Shown one piece after another: positions 49,342-49,655 of a stretch of 49,655 nt of DNA (position 1 is the first letter of the stretch; each line of letters begins with the position of its first letter). The notes under the pieces were generated by a model that was given only the letters and a program-made list of their open reading frames with translations, made no database searches and was not told where the DNA came from. The position numbers and the translations under genes were made by a program. The stretch spans positions 1-49,655 of the forward strand of contig JASJQH010000019.1 of NCBI GenBank assembly GCA_040143965.1. Reading direction: 5' to 3'. The DNA comes from Basidiobolus ranarum (taxonomy: Eukaryota).

Positions 49342-49655
49342 AATGTAGGATATATGCTGATTTTATTTGTATAAAATTGCGATTGTGTTGCTATTATATA
49401 ATTTTTTAAAAATATTTACTGGCATTTGGGATAATTTGAAAAAAAATAAAATCGTAAAAATTTAAAATATTGTAAAATAAGAATCTAGGGTTAAAATTAA
49501 AATCCAATATTTGGTAAAACTATATATTATATATAAGAAATGGGTAGGGGGGATGAAAAGCACCAGATGGTGTAGACTTTATTTAGCTTATATACTAATC
49601 TAAACAAAGTGACAATCAAGACATCAATCTTTTAAGATATTGTGTCAATACTGAA

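Overview
Gene-dense, intron-rich eukaryotic DNA with short GT-AG introns and CTAAC-type branch points. The protein styles point to an early-diverging fungus (Zoopagomycota/Mucoromycota-like; Basidiobolus is only a guess). Positions 1-44.3 kb are mostly housekeeping genes: ATG1, 5-oxoprolinase, a mitochondrial RbfA-like gene, two tandem secreted paralogues, DOP1, RPS2, NOB1, a FAH-domain gene, HEM3, TAL1, DNA2, KTI12, an MBOAT acyltransferase, TSR1, a U1 snRNA and an intronless, bacterial-style APC amino-acid permease. Positions 44.4-49.65 kb are gene-poor accessory DNA with short tandem repeats, a possible decayed non-LTR reverse transcriptase, a 93-bp peptide-coding repeat and an AT-rich island carrying an intronless DUF1917 (Bles03/eIF4E-like fold) ORF. 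The most intriguing signal is a hairpin-rich intergenic segment of about 400 nt (3749-4150) containing TAACCCTAACCCT, which I propose, speculatively, as a telomerase-RNA candidate. All gene models were spliced by eye and no database search was run.
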